In this document: positions 51,809-64,000 of the stretch, piece by piece
Numbering within the stretch: the stretch's first letter is position 1
Layout: every line of letters starts with the position of its first letter
Assembly: GCF_004010195.1 (NCBI RefSeq)
Contig: NC_057718.1
Location: 53,554,009 to 53,618,008, forward strand
Reading direction: 5' to 3'
From: Chiloscyllium plagiosum
Lineage: Eukaryota
DNA: 64,000 bases
Program-made: the position numbers and the translations under genes
Notes under the pieces: generated by a model
What the model was told of the DNA's origin: nothing
Database searches by the model: none
The model's input: the letters and a program-made list of their open reading frames with translations, nothing else

Positions 51809-54800
51809 TTCATTGTTACATGCACTTCAAAAAGTGCAGTCAAACATTTACAACGCTATCACTTAAGGCACCTTATGTACAAGATAGTTAGGTACAGATA
51901 CTTAAGTCCTTGGTTTAAAATTGAAAGAGTAATAAATAAAAGTCAGCTAAAGGAGATAATGGAAAAAAGGTCTCGATTTACAGCCCTTTCACCCCAGTCC
52001 ATGTCTGACTAAGCGTCCAGGCAACACCAGGCCAAGACTCCAGAATGCACAGGCTTCAAAACTTGAGGCCTCACCTTCAGACTGCACCTCACCTCCACGC
52101 GACAGCCAACATTCCGGGTTATGCCTCCACCTGACGGCCTCATGTCCGTGACTCACCTCCCAATAACGGCCTCACGTCCATGACTCACCTAACCATAACG
52201 GCCTCATGTCCGTGACTCACCTCGCCATAACGGCGTCATGTCCGTGACTCACCACCCCATAACGGCCTCATGTGTGTGACTCACCTCCCAATAACGGCCT
52301 CATGTGTGTGACTCACCTCCCAATAACGGCCTCATGTGTGTGACTCACCTCCCTATAACGGCCTCATGTCAGTGACTCATCTCGCCATAACGGCCTCATG
52401 TCCGTGACTCACCTCCCTATAATGGCCTCATGTTAGTGACTCATCTCGCCATAACGGCCTCATGTCCGTGACTCACCTCCCTATAACGGCCTCATGTCAG
52501 TGACTCATCTCGCCATAACGGCCTCATGTCCGTGACTCACCACCCCATAACGGCCTCATGTGTGTGACTCACCTCGCCATAACGGCCTCATGTCCGTGAC
52601 TCACCTCCCTATAATGGCCTCATGTCCGTGACTCACGTCCCCATAACGGCCTCATGACTGTGACTCACCTCCCAATAACGGCCTCATGTCAGTGACTCAC
52701 CTCCCCATAACGGCCTCATGTCTGTCACTCACCTCGCCATAATGGCCTCATGTCTGTGATTCACCTTCCCATAATGGCCTCATGTCGGTGACTCACCTCG
52801 CCATAACGGCCTCATGTCTGTGACTCACCTCCCAATAACGGCCTCATGTCTGTGACTCACTTCCTCATAACGGCCTCATGACTGTGACTCACCTCCCAAT
52901 AACGGCCTCATGTCAGTGACTCACCTCCCCATAACGGCCTCATGTCTGTCACTCACCTCACCATAATGGCCTCATGTCTGTGACTCACCTCCCCATAACG
53001 GCCTCATGTCTGTGAATCACCTCACCATAACGGCATCATGTCTGTGATTCATCTCCCCGCGACTGCCTCATAACTGTGACTCACCTCCTAATAACGGTCT
53101 CATGTCAGTGACTCACCTCCCCATAACGGCCTCATGTCCATGACTCACCTCACCATAACGGCCTCATGTCCATGACTCACCTCACCATAACGGCCTCTTG
53201 TCTGTGACTCACTTCCCCATAATGGCCTCATGTCTGTGACTCACCTCACCATAACGGCCTCATGTCCGTGACTCACCTCCCCATAACGGCCTCATGTGTG
53301 TGACTCACCTCCTAATAACGGTCTCATGTCAGTGACTCACCTCCCCATAACGGCCTCATGTCTGTGACTCACCTCGCTATAACGGCCTCATGTCAGTGAC
53401 TCACCACCCCATAACGGCCTCATGTCGGTGACTCACCTCCCAATAACGGCCTCATGTCAGTGACTCACCTCCCCATAACGGCCTCATGTCCGTGACTCAC
53501 CACCCCATAACGGCCTCATGTCCGTGACTCACCTTACCATAATGGCCTCATGTCGGTGACTCACCTCCCCATAACGGCCTCATGTCGGTGACTCACCTCC
53601 CCATAATGGCCTCATGTCCGTGACTCACCTCCCCATAACGGCCTCATGTCGGTGACTTACTTCCCCATAACGGCCTCACATCCATGACTTACCTCACCAT
53701 AACGGCCTCATGTCTGTGACTCACCTCACCATAACGGCCTCATGTCTGTGACTCAGCTTGCCATAACGGCCTCATTTCAGTGACTCACCTCCCCCTAACG
53801 GCCTCATGTCTGTGACTCACCTCCCTATAACGGCCTCGTGTCTGTGATTCACCTCCCCATGACAGCCTCATATCCATGACTAACCTTCACACGATGGCCT
53901 CAAGTCTGGACCGTGACTCCCTGCGACTGCCTCATGTCCATGACTCACCTCCCCGCAATGGCCTCATGTCTTGGCCTCACCTCCCTGCGACGGCCTCATA
54001 TTTGTGACTCACCTTCCCGACATAGGCTTCATGTCTGGGCCTCACCTCCCTGCAACGGCCTCATGTCCATGACTCACCTCACCATAATGGCCTCATGACT
54101 GTGACTCACCTCCCCATAACGGCCTCATGACTGCGACTCACCTCCCCATACCAGCCTCTTGTCTGTGACTCACCTCCCCATAACGGCCTCATGACTGTGA
54201 CTCACCTCCCCATAACGGCCTCATGACTGCGACTCACCTCCCCATACCAGCCTCTTGTCTGTGACTCACCTCCCCATATCGGCCTCTTGTCTGTGACTCA
54301 CTTCCCCATAACGGCCTCACGACTGTGACTCACCTCCCTGCGACAACCTCATGTCTGTGACTCACCTTCCCATAATGGCCTCATGTCTTTAACTTACCTC
54401 CCTATAACGGCCTCATGTGCGTGACTCACCTCCCCATGATGGCCTCATGTCCATGACTCACATCCCCGCGACAGCCTGATGTCTGTGTCCTACCTCCCCA
54501 TAACGGCCTCGTGTCTGTGATTCACCTCCCCATGACAGCCTCATGTCCGTGACTCACCTCCCCATGACAGCCTCATGTCTGTGACTCACCTCCCCATGAC
54601 AGCCTCATGTCTGTGACTGACCTTCACGTGATGCCTCTAAGTCCGGACAGTGACTCCCTGCAACAGCCTCCAACCAGGAACCTGTAATCTGTGCATCACC
54701 TCCCTGGAACAGTCTCGATTTCGGGCCTTGCCTCCGTGCGACAGCCTCCTGTCTGGGGCCTCATGTCCCCGCGATGGCCTCTAGTCTAGGTCTTGTGCCT

Positions 54801-56530
54801 CTGCGACAACCTCAAGTTCGGGCCTCACCTCCCCGCAATGGCCTCCAGCCTGGACCTCAACCCCCGTGACTTGCTCCAGTCCAGGCCATTGCCTCCCTGC
54901 AACAGCCTTCAGCCTCATGACTGCATCTAGTCTGGGTCTCGCCTCCCCACAACAGGCTTCAGTCCAGGTCTCACCTCCCTGCAACAGCCTCCAGTTCGGG
55001 CCTCACCTCCCTGCGATGGCCTCCAACCTGGGCCTTACCTCCACATGAGAGCATCAAGTCCTGGCCTCACCTATCTATGATGGCCTCCAGTTTGAGACTC
55101 ACCTCCAAGCAACAGCTTCCAGCCTGGACCTCGCCTCCCTGCGACAACCTCCAGTCCGTGCCTTGCCTCCTCATGACATCTTCCAGTTTGGGCCTCACCT
55201 CCCCGCAATGGCCTCCAGTCCAGGCCTCACCTTCTGTGGCAGCCTCCAGTTCAAGCCTTGCCTCACCAAGACAGTATCAAGTTCAGGCCTTGCCTCCCTG
55301 CAACAGCATCCAGTCTGGACCTGGCCTCCCCGTGACAGCCTCAAGACCACGCCTCACCTTCCCGTGACAGCCTCCAGACCAGGCTCACCACCACGCGATG
55401 GCCTCCAATCCAGACCATGCCTCACCGCAACTCCCTCCAGTCCGGACCTCTCCGCCCCGCAACGGCCTCCAGACTGGACCTCACCTCGCTGCAACATCTT
55501 CCAGTCCGGGCCTCACCTCCCGGCAATTGCCTCCAATTCAAGCCTCGCTTCTGCATGACAACCTCCAGTCCAGGCTTCACTTCTGTAGACACTCTACAGT
55601 CCGGGCCTCTTCAACCAGGAACTGGCCTCCGTGTGACACTCTCCAGACTGGGTCTCACCTCCCTGTGACATCCTCGAGTCTGGGCCTCATCTCCTCGTGA
55701 CAGCCGCAATGCTGGCCTTGCCTTCCCGTGACAGCCTCCGGTCTGAGGCTTGCCTCCCAGTGACAGCCTCCAGTCTAGGCCTCGACTCCCAGTGATAGTT
55801 TCCAGACTGGGCCTAGCCTCCCCACCACAGCCTCCAGTCCGGGCCTTGACTTTACATGATGGCCTCCAGTCTGGGCCTCGTCTCCCTGCGACATCCTCGA
55901 TTCCGGCCTTGCCTCCTCGTGACAGCCTACAGTCTGGCGTCACCCTACTGCAACAGCCTCCAGTCTAGGCCTTGATTCCCTGCAACAGCATCAAGTCTAG
56001 GCCTCGCCTCCCCATGACAGCTTCCAGCCCTGGCCTCACCTCCCTACATTGGCTTCCAGTCCAGGCCTCACCTCTCTGCAACAGCCTCCAGTCCGGGCCT
56101 CACCTCGCCTGACAGCCTCCAGTGCGGGCCTTGCTTCCCTGCGAAAGCTTCCTGTCTAGGCCTCGCCTCCCAGCGATAGCCTCCTGTCCAGGCCTCACCC
56201 CCTGGTGATAGCTTCCTGTTCAGTTCTTGCCTCCTGGCGATAGCCTCCTGTCCAGGCCTCGTCTCCCGGCGATAGCCTCCTGGCAAGGCCTCACCTCCTG
56301 GCGATAGCCTCCTGCCCAGGCCTCGCCTCCCAGCGATAGCGTCCTATTCAAGTCTTGCCTCCCCACAATGGCCTCCATCTGAGTTTCACCTCCTCTATTT
56401 TCTTCCAAGTAAATTTTGAAAGTTAAAAGTTTAAAAGAAGCTCACAAGAAAAATATATGACACAGTGAACAAGCTCTGAAATTTAGATAGCTTCTAATCA
56501 ACTGTGTAGAAATGCCATGATGTATGTCTG
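51809..56530 (-). mobile_element. composite non-autonomous retroposon, long copy with expanded 32-bp VNTR
   Basis: Both ends resemble the 32824-33533 element (see findings). Confidence 0.55.
52070..56390 (+). repeat. 32-bp tandem array (~130 units by length)
   Basis: Homogeneous part ~52136-54620, unit tgactcacctccccataacggcctcatgtctg; diverged part ~54700-56390, unit ggcctcacctccccgcgacagcctccagtccg. Confidence 0.97.
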
Positions 56531-57944
56531 TAGTAGATAGGATTTGAACCTGGAGCATTCTGATCTTGGGGGTAGAGACACTATCACTGTGCCACAAGCA
56601 CTCTATACTTCAAGAATTTGGATATTTTCTGATCAAGTGATGTGATTACACCCCTGGAGCAAGTGGTAACCCCTGTGGAAGTGCTACTATACACAATCAT
56701 CTCATGAACTTCAGATTTTCCCTCATCAACCTGATAGGGTTTGAACCTGGATCGTCTAGTCCACGAATAGGGACAATACTACTGTGTCATCAGAGCCTTT
56801 CTTATGAACTAGATGTTATACCCAGAAGTGTTGCAATGCACAACTTTCCCATCACCAAAATCACAATGACTTTTTTTTTGTGTTTTTCCCTCTTTTAACT
56901 ACTAACAACCACCAGTAATCATCCATGAAAAATTAACTTCTCACTCAGCCATGGTGGGATTTGAACCTTGGAATGCTAGATTCTTGGATCACTTATGATA
57001 ACGCCACAGAACTATTACCATCACTTGCTACCCACCTTCTTTGAATAAGCATGATGAATGGAATAACATCAGAATATAGATTTTGAGAAAGCAAAGATTT
57101 CTAGATCTGGATCTTAAAAGTCTTTCTTTTAAAAAGAGGTCATTTGTGACGTGTGAGTATTGCTGACAAGAGCTACAAGATTTGCCTATCCCTAATCACC
57201 CTTGAGAAGATGGCACTAAAGCTCAAAGTCTTTAGGAAAAGGAACTAATATTGTGTGTGAAAGGAACACCATTTTCACACACAACTATTATGTGTTATGA
57301 AGATGTGGGTATACCTTTAAGAGAGTTAAAAGCAGCAGAACTACCGGACACAGCACCAAGTGTACTCAAAAATGGTAACAAAAATGGTAACAAAATAACA
57401 CTGGGTCGAACCACTCGATTAGTTCATTGTTTGGAGTCAAAAACAAATTCAACTTCAGCTAATCAGTTTAAATTATACCAGAAATGTATCAAACTCCAAT
57501 CAAATTTGAATTGAGTACATTGACAATCGTAAAAGCCAATGACACAATCCAATGCTTTGCGGGGTATAAGACAGGGGAAAATTGAAAAGTTGAGAGGAGA
57601 ACTGCCAAGCCTAACATGTACTAGACTGCTTGAAAAAACATCTTTCTCCAAAGTCCTTTTTAGATCAGTAACCTGTAACACAGAAATTCCTAACAAGGAG
57701 AAAAGAAGACACAGGAAGATCCAAAGGCAAGAATCTATAGTTGCCTGGCTTTTAAATAAGAAACATTTGATTAAATTAGATTGACTAGATTCCCTATAGT
57801 GTGAAAACAGACCCGTTGTTTTGTCAATTTTAATTGGGAGTTTTATTGGATGAGTATTATAGATGGGAAGCTAAAAGATTGCTGAGAAAAAGAAATTGTA
57901 AATAGTGGTTAGTTAATTATTCTCTATCATACGTAAAGGAATAA

Positions 57945-58208
57945 GATTAGATTCCCTACAATGTGGAAACAGGCCCTTCGGCCCAACAAGTCCACACCAA
58001 CTCTTTAAAGAGTAGCCCACCCAGGCCCATTCCCCTCTGACTAATGCACCTATCCCATGGGCAATTTAGCATGGCTAATTCACCTGACCTGGATATTTTT
58101 GGATTGTGGGAGCAAACCCACACAGACAGTCACCCAAGCCTGGAATTGAACCTGGGACCCTGATGCTGTGCGGCAGCAGTGCTAACCACTGAGCCACCGT
58201 GTCACCCC
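57945..58208 (-). mobile_element. HE1-type SINE
   Basis: Reverse complement of SINE consensus; duplicated taaaggaa flanks. Confidence 0.85.
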
Positions 58209-58241
58209 TAAAGGAAAGTTGCTCAAGGAGACATTGAGCAA

Positions 58242-58313
58242 TAGCAGAGGGTGGTTTCCATCCAACGACCTCTAGGTTATAGGCCCAGCATGCTCCCGCT
58301 GCGCCACTCTATT
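58242..58313 (-). pseudogene. initiator tRNA-Met pseudogene (anticodon CAT>TAT)
   Basis: AATAGAGTGGCGCAGCGGGAGCATGCTGGGCCTATAACCTAGAGGTCGTTGGATGGAAACCACCCTCTGCTA, 72 nt, 9 differences from vertebrate tRNA-iMet as recalled. Confidence 0.9.
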
Positions 58314-61300
58314 GTTAATTTTTACTTCAAGTAGTTCTTGGCCACTCGATCTTTACAGATTACTGCATGGGATAAATCTTTTTGGTGTGGCTGGTTTTAA
58401 ATTAAGCTGGAGGGTTTACCCCAAGTCGTAACAACTGAAATTTAAATTGTTCAATTTGTGGGCCAAAAAGGGGGTAACGTTACATAAGCAATGATCATAT
58501 CATTCAACTAGAACTAGCATTTTTAATTACCTGATTTAAATTTCCATGGTGGATTTAATGGACAATTAACGTGCAAATCTAATGGCATTTTAAAAGTAAC
58601 AGAAAAGCTAAGACTGAGATGCCATTTGTAAACAACACAACAGTATAAATCAATCAATAAGTCCTGAAAACTTGCTTATCATAGCTTATTTCTTGATCTC
58701 TGAACTCAATGGTTAATTTGCGCAGTTAAAACAGTACACATTGTTAAACCATTACTGTTTTTACAGCAAGATCCATCACACTCTTGCAGCAAAAATATTT
58801 ATGTGAGCAGAAAGACAATTTCTCCCCTGCAATCTACTCCAGACTGCTTCACAGATTAAACTAGTTCCATAATAACATTTTATTATGAGCTGCAGAAATG
58901 CTATGTGACCCTTAAGTAGGTCAGATCCATCTCTATAGGCCAGGTCTCCTCGGTTGCATGAATATTAAGAATCCAGGAATAAAGATCTGCTGGGCTTTGT
59001 GCACTGCATGTAAGCTTCTGACCTTTTAAAAGCAAATACAAAATGAGATACATTCCTTGTTTTGCTTTGAGATAATCTCGTAAAGTAAATGTCATTCAGT
59101 CGACACCTAGCTATATCCATCATCTTTTGCATTTTTACTAATTACCCAAGGATTAACATTGTCCAATTAATCATCATAACAATCAAAATATTTTCATTAT
59201 CTCTATCTGTGCAAAAACATCTATGCAAAATGATAAACTTTCAAATAGTACAATGGAAAATTATGCCAAAAAGCATATATTTTTTAATGTAATTTCCAAT
59301 CATGTGCTATAGTGAAAGACATGAACGAAGGTCTCTTGCAGTATTTATCCTCAGATTGTTTTTCTGAACTGATGCAAATGTCAATTAATTTGCACTGAAC
59401 TGAAATGAAGTACTAACGATGTGTCCCTAAAATTCTGTGCTGCCTTCACTTCCACTTGCCCTGCACAAAATATTGGAGTTGCTGAGTGTGAGGCTCTCAT
59501 TTCAGAGCTTATTGATTTATAGACTATCATCTTTATAAAGCTTTACAGGATACAACATTATAAATTAAGATGCAACAGGTAAATCAAAACTATATGTTCA
59601 TAAAAAATAGCAAAAGTCAAAATAGCGTTGACTAAACAGTACCCCCTCAACCCCCGCTCCCACCACTCCACATGCCACCAGTTACACCCTTATTATCATT
59701 GGGATTAATTTTGTTTTGATTCCCATCACCTTTTTAAAATGCTTATATGGGGAAAAATGGTTAAAGATAAAGATAAGGATTTAAATAATATCACAGCAAC
59801 TATACTGGACAGCTCATAACCCCTATACGAATCCAAGATAAGGTTATGTTAATGTACTTTTTCCTTTTTTTATTATTTGTATAGTTGATATATGCTTTAT
59901 GTTAAATTTATCTCTTTCAACTTTCATTTGGTCTGCTTTGGCAGTGACTATCAGTGTATCACAGTGTTGCTTAAGAGTTTTAATAATATGAAATGCTTTT
60001 ATATCAACTTTATTCATAAATAGTAATCTGTATTTGACATATCAGAAACTCCAAATCTTGTATACATCAAATGAAATTAGTTGCCAATTCAAGCTGGTAC
60101 AGATGCAATATTATTTTTGTTGATGTATTAGAAATTCTTGTGTTTACATATGACTAAATAGATACAGCTAATGCAAACGGTAACATTTTTATGACATAAT
60201 TAGCACTTGCTTAATTTTAGCAGGAGTACCAGTTTTTATCTACATGAAATAAATAGGCACTTCCCTACACAATGGAGTCTGTTAAACATTAAGGGGAAAA
60301 CTAACAATCTTGAAAGAAATCAACAAAAAACCTGACAAAATACCAATGGAGACTGTCAATCACTGTGGAAACCAAGTTGCCAGAGGAAAAAAGCACGTCA
60401 CAGAAACAGTAGATTGACAATTCTCTGATGACTGCTCACATCCTATTTTATTGGAAGAATGTCACTACTATAGATGCTAGTCTTTTCCTGCCCATGAGGA
60501 TCCTTCTAAATCTGGGCAGCATTATATGGGAAACATTATTTACAAGACAGTTTGAAAGCTATGGAACATATATATACAGGGAAAACTAGCTAACGCATTG
60601 AGCAAAGAGACTCTAAATGGAATATCCTAACAGCATGAGTAGGATAAGATTTCCCTGCAGGAATTATTTTTCAATGTCTTGTTTGCATTGCCTTCATTCT
60701 GTTGTTATAAGGTTAATATCTGTACAAAACATGAATTGTATTTGAACAGACAAAATCAAAATATATAGAAGCTGCTTATCCTTTCTGTGGGTATGTAACA
60801 GTCGCTATTGAATTATACAATGGACTGAGTAATTATTAACCAATTGTGTTGATGTTGATTTATACTTTCTTGTTTGTGACAATGTGTGCTACGTGTTGTG
60901 CATTGAAGCATTAAAACTGTTAAGAACAAGAATTCATTGCTTTGTGGACACACATCTTATGGTGTAATGGGAATATAACCAAAGTGAACGTGTTTCTTAT
61001 TTTATCATATCAGAAAGAAATCTATCATTTTGAACACACAAAAATACAGAGTGCAGAAGAACAACTAATCCAGTTAAGTTGGCCTATCAATACCTAATGC
61101 AGTCACCTACACATTGGCCCATCTCGCCATGCAAAAGTTTGGAGATATTTCTAATCAACCTCTTCAGATATACAATGCTGTTACACATCTCCAGAGCAGA
61201 TGAGATTGAACCTGGGTCATTTGGCTTAGAGGTGAGGACTGCATAACATGTGCTCTGCAAACCGCTGGGAAAGTCAAAAGCAACATTGAGATGAGCTGAA

Positions 61301-62354
61301 TTGCTTAGATCCCAAAAAAAATTGCTTAGATCCCAAATTTTTGTGACAATTTCTAGACGCCTCTCTTCAAGATCTTTGAAAGAGTGAGAAAATGCAAAGG
61401 AAATTTACGAGGGTTGGGCCAAGGATGAAATACTTTGGACAGAACTTTACAAGAAATTGACTAAGTATCAATAAATGTCAATAAGACATAATAAATTAAA
61501 GCATGTAAAATTGCATGAGAAAACTCACCTGAGCTCAGAAAGCGAAACCCTTCCTGATACTCCCTGAGGTTGACTAAGTCGTACTTTTATGTACTCACCA
61601 ACAGCGGAAATACAGTCTGCTGCTGGCACCTTCTAGGAATCACTGTGCAGACACCACATTTAAAATCAAGCTGTGCTCCAGTTCAATCACTTCCAGCCAT
61701 GAATAACCCTTAACAGTACACACAGTGGGATGGAAACAAAAAAGATAAGCTTTCAAAGGCACGTAACTGGCACAGGTGACATTTCATTGGGAATAGAATC
61801 TCACATTTGCAAATGTGTTGCTTCTTTACACCATTACTTGTCTGATCAACTGTCAGTGACACGGCAGCTACAAGCATCAAGCTCCACAGGTTACTCACCA
61901 TTAGCATCCTAGCATGTTGGAATCCTGTTGAAGGGGGTGTTGGGCTTTGCCTACTGCTCAGTGAAGCATAACTTCTTCTAATTGCTTAATGTGGGAGCAT
62001 CATATGTTTAAAAGTCTTCAAAAAGTTGAAAACATTAACTTTCATGGAAAAACAAGAAAAGCAAAGAAAAACAATTTTTTTTAAAAAGCTGCATTTGCTT
62101 TAGAGCAAATGAAAACACAGGCTGCTGATCTTTCAAATGACAACACATTTACGGATAATGAAAGGTCTCTTCATTGCCGGATTTCTGTTTTGCGATCAGT
62201 AATTTGCTGATTTTTTGGTAATTCGAATCACTCCTAAATCCCTGGTTCTGACACTACACCTATTTAGGGAATGTGAAATGGAGAAGGCAGTAGACAGGTA
62301 TTTCAGGGCTAAAGAATCTCTGTGTTTCCTTAACTTCAAAAAGGTAGCCATGAT

Positions 62355-62472
62355 GTGGAGGTGCAGGTGTAGTTCTGGGGTGGACAAAGTTGAAAATCAC
62401 ATGACACCTGTTTATAGTCCAATAGGTTTATTTGAAAACCTGTTGGACTATAACCTGATGTTGCGTGATTTA
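62355..62472. mobile_element. short inverted-arm repeat, probably a terminus of another PLE family
   Basis: aaatcacatgacacctgtttatagtccaatagg versus cctgttggactataacctgatgttgcgtgattt. Confidence 0.5.
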
Positions 62473-63599
62473 CAAAAAGCTATGTATAATAATACAATAC
62501 TTAAAAAGGCAAATGCAATAAAACAGTGAAATTGACACAATTATACAGAGGACAGTAACTCAATACACTATCAAATTAAAGAGAGGTTTAAATGCATTCT
62601 AAGCTAAACAGCAGTTTTAATCACAAACACTTCCTACCCTTAGGGTCCCTGCACTTTGACCACCCACCTTCCCCTCCCTGCAAGCGAGGTTGGAAACTTT
62701 CAGGTCTCCGGAGTTTCAGCTCACCACTGGGAAAACACAGTTTTAAAGTGCATCCAGTTGTTGAGGTTCTTGCTGTCAGTTCTCTTGTCTTGGAACAGGC
62801 CCATGTCTGGAAGCTCTTGTTTGGATAGTGCTTGGTTGGCATCTTACCCTCTCAGACGTCCTTTGTTGCGATGATGCTCTTGATTTGGCATCTCAGTGGT
62901 TCTTGGTTCTAAAGCTGTTTGTTGTGATTGGAGCCTGCAGTGAAAACTGGTTCTGCAGGAGTTTGATGTTAGAAAAGGCTCTCTCTCTCTCTCCTCTAGA
63001 TCAGGACTAGCAGTTACACAGACTGTGTGCCCGTTATTTCCTCTCAAATTTGTATTTCTGGTATTCGCTTTTGAGGCCAACTGGCTTCCTGATAGTTAAG
63101 AGTAGGTGTGAATGTATTTTGATGAAATAGAATGGCTGGTACCTCTGTGCATGAATACTGCTTGAAGTTGATTGCTGAGGCCCTGTTCAGTCTGGGTTGG
63201 ATGGTGTTGATTGTTCTTTTAGAGACAATGTATTAATTGGATTTTCAGGTTGAACAATGGTTCCAAACAGCTTTCTTTGTGTCTGTGTAATTTTCCCAGA
63301 ACCTCGCCCAGCTGCCTGCCTTGTTCTTTTACTTTTGAAAAGTCAAGGATTTTGGGCCTGTATTTCAGAATATGGGGATTTTTGCTCAACCCTACATCAC
63401 CCAAATCATAATTGAGACCCAGCTGGAAATGGGTGTCAGTTATGTCATTTTTGTCTTGTTGAAAATTATGCTCAAATGCTCTGTCATGGGGAAGGTAATG
63501 TTCCTCCTACTCCACATCTTCGTCTTCCTCCTTGGTAGCTGCTGCTGCTCTCCTGGCTCTTCAGGCACCATCACATTCCTTTCCCATACTTCAGTTGTC

Positions 63600-64000
63600 T
63601 AGGATTGGGTAGCACACTTTGTCTGGACTGAACTGTGAGCCCTCCTCACTTAACTGCAGCCTCCCCCCCACTTCACAAAATAATTCAAATATCTAAACCT
63701 CATCTTCAGGATGCTAATTGTCTGCTCTACCATGCTCCTGCTGGAAGAATGGGCGGGGCATATCTGCCAGGAGAAAGCGAGGACTGCAGATGCTGGAGAC
63801 CAGAGCTGAAAAAAGTGGTGCTGGAAAAACATAGCAGGCCAGGCAGCATCCAAGGAGCAGGAGAATCGACGTTTCGGGCATAAGCCCTTCTTCAGGACAT
63901 ATCTGCTCTTAGCCTCAGACAGGGGATTGTGTAGCCGGGTCATCAGCCATGGTTTTAGAAGGTAGCCCTCATCTCCCAATGACCAACTTAGGAAGGGGTC
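63600..64000 (-). mobile_element. PIF/Harbinger transposase remnant
   Basis: GDEGYLLKPWLMT.L.NP.SEA..RY and AHSSSRSMVEQTISILKMRFRYL, matching the HARBI1-like GDxGY...WLMTP...VE...LKxRF motifs. Confidence 0.8.
63768..63897 (-). mobile_element. PLE terminal fragment with intact hammerhead core (63868-63895)
   Basis: Duplicated catatctgc at 63759-63767 and 63898-63906. Confidence 0.85.

Larger units (their letters stand above)
57293..58433 (+). mobile_element. solo LTR (Gypsy-like) with nested SINE and tRNA copy
   Basis: Ends TGTTATGA...TCGTAACA (7/8 inverted), CCAAT (~57536) and TATAA (~57565); no clean TSD. Confidence 0.6.

Noticed and set aside
52136..54620. CRISPR array (32-bp period)
   Set aside because: Units are head-to-tail with no unique spacers, no cas genes, and the context is eukaryotic.
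54781..56408. Pro/Ser-rich ORFs in the ORF track
   Set aside because: By-products of the GC-rich tandem repeat; a 32-bp period does not preserve frame.
58242..58313. Functional tRNA-Ile(TAT) gene
   Set aside because: Body is initiator Met with damaged acceptor stem and T arm; no intron as expected for eukaryotic Ile-TAT.
61299..61337. 22-bp tandem duplication (aattgcttagatcccaaa)
   Set aside because: Ordinary slippage with no further structure.
62570..63410. Solo LTR
   Set aside because: LTR-like composition, but termini and TSD could not be defined.

Overview
Eukaryotic, non-coding, transposon-dense window, almost certainly from a shark or ray (inferred from HE1-type tRNA SINEs with CR1-like tails, abundant CR1 LINEs and Penelope-like elements). 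No host protein-coding gene is supported. The main feature is a 6.9-kb class I (gamma/epsilon-like) endogenous retrovirus on the minus strand (24807-31666) with two LTRs, a 5-bp AAAAC target duplication, a tRNA-Pro PBS, a PPT and decayed gag-pro-pol. It has three unusual parts. (1) There is no env; the integrase-to-PPT gap is almost filled by a 95-codon frame with one stop that looks like a small Cys-rich membrane protein, missed by the ORF track. (2) A 2H phosphoesterase-like domain lies between protease and RT. (3) Gag ends in UGA followed by a predicted MLV-like readthrough pseudoknot. Other points of interest: many Penelope terminal fragments carrying minimal hammerhead ribozyme cores from at least three families; a 4.3-kb 32-bp tandem array, part of it rich in TGACTCA (AP-1) motifs, that appears to be the expanded middle of a composite non-autonomous retroposon whose short sibling is at 32824-33533; and a decayed initiator tRNA-Met copy inside a solo LTR. 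Family names are by-eye motif recognition, and repeat boundaries are approximate unless a TSD is quoted.
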